From: Octopus sinensis
Taxonomy: Eukaryota
DNA: 6,346 nt
Reading direction: 5' to 3'
NCBI RefSeq assembly: GCF_006345805.1
Contig: NW_021829377.1
Span: 1-6,346 of the forward strand
Shown here: positions 5,980 through 6,346 of the stretch, in pieces
Position numbering within the stretch: position 1 is the first letter of the stretch
Layout: each line of letters opens with the position of its first letter
Notes under the pieces: model-generated
What the model saw: only the letters and a program-made list of their open reading frames with translations
Databases searched by the model: none
Told to the model about the DNA's origin: nothing
Translations under genes and position numbers: made by a program

Positions 5980-6200
5980 AGAACGAAGACCCTGGAAGGT
6001 TCCCAGACGCTCCAGCTGGCCCGACGTTTGACAGCGACTCTTACAGCTTGGCCAAAAAGAAACACCGCCGTAGCCGCACCACCTTCACCACCTTTCAGCT
6101 TCACGAATTGGAGAGAGCGTTCGAAAAATCGCACTACCCGGATGTATACAGCCGAGAAGATTTGGCAATGAAGCTTAATTTGCCGGAAGTTCGTGTGCAG
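5980..6200 (+). CDS. Rx: Internal exon of a retinal homeobox (Rx/Rax) family paired-class homeodomain transcription factor; homeodomain residues 1-46
   Basis: Acceptor TACAG| at 5979. The frame from 5982 reads [73 protein letters not shown], then CAG|GTAATA donor at 6200/6201. [35 protein letters not shown]..[12 protein letters not shown] is diagnostic of Rx. The phase-0 intron between Q46 and V47 is the conserved paired-class position. An in-frame TGA at 5940 and no in-frame ATG before 6168 show that an upstream exon is required. Confidence 0.95.
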
Positions 6201-6250
6201 GTAATATCTTCATCTGTTGTTAATGTTATTGCTGTTTTCAGGAACCATTG

Positions 6251-6346
6251 TCTTCTTCTTCTTCTTCTTCTTCTTCTTCTTCTTTCTTTTCTTCTTCTTC
6301 TCTTCTTCTTCTTCTTCTTCTCTTCTTCTTCTTCTCTTCTTCTTCT
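6251..6346. repeat. (CTT)n intronic microsatellite, runs off the window end
   Basis: Direct inspection; begins 50 nt after the homeobox exon donor. Confidence 0.97.

Noticed and set aside
5928-6171. Track ORFs 5928-6134 (-) and 5950-6171 (+)
   Set aside because: They are shadow frames of the real homeobox exon, which is read from 5982.

Overview
Eukaryotic, AT-rich, microsatellite-dense genomic DNA. The repeat families resemble those I recall from octopus/cephalopod genomes; this is recognition from memory, not a database result. The one securely coding segment is an internal + strand exon (5980-6200) encoding the N-terminal 46 residues of an Rx/Rax-type paired-class homeodomain. It ends at the conserved phase-0 intron between homeodomain residues 46 and 47, and the ORF track misses it. 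Upstream lies a patchwork of transposon relics: an apparently complete 299-bp non-autonomous Helitron, a degenerate Penelope-type minimal hammerhead ribozyme motif, two tRNA-SINE-like pieces in opposite orientations, and a Penelope-like RT fragment abutting a mariner transposase fragment. There is also a CpG-containing, motif-dense island (4531-4770) with a 12-bp-period TCACATGA array, a perfect 17-bp inverted repeat, and a 36/21-nt higher-order triplet repeat. Almost all ORFs in the supplied track are simple-repeat artefacts. I found no convincing new biological system. The best leads are the unresolved 5' end and divergence of the Rx-like gene, the regulatory-looking island, a speculative antisense/divergent spliced gene, and the ribozyme relic.
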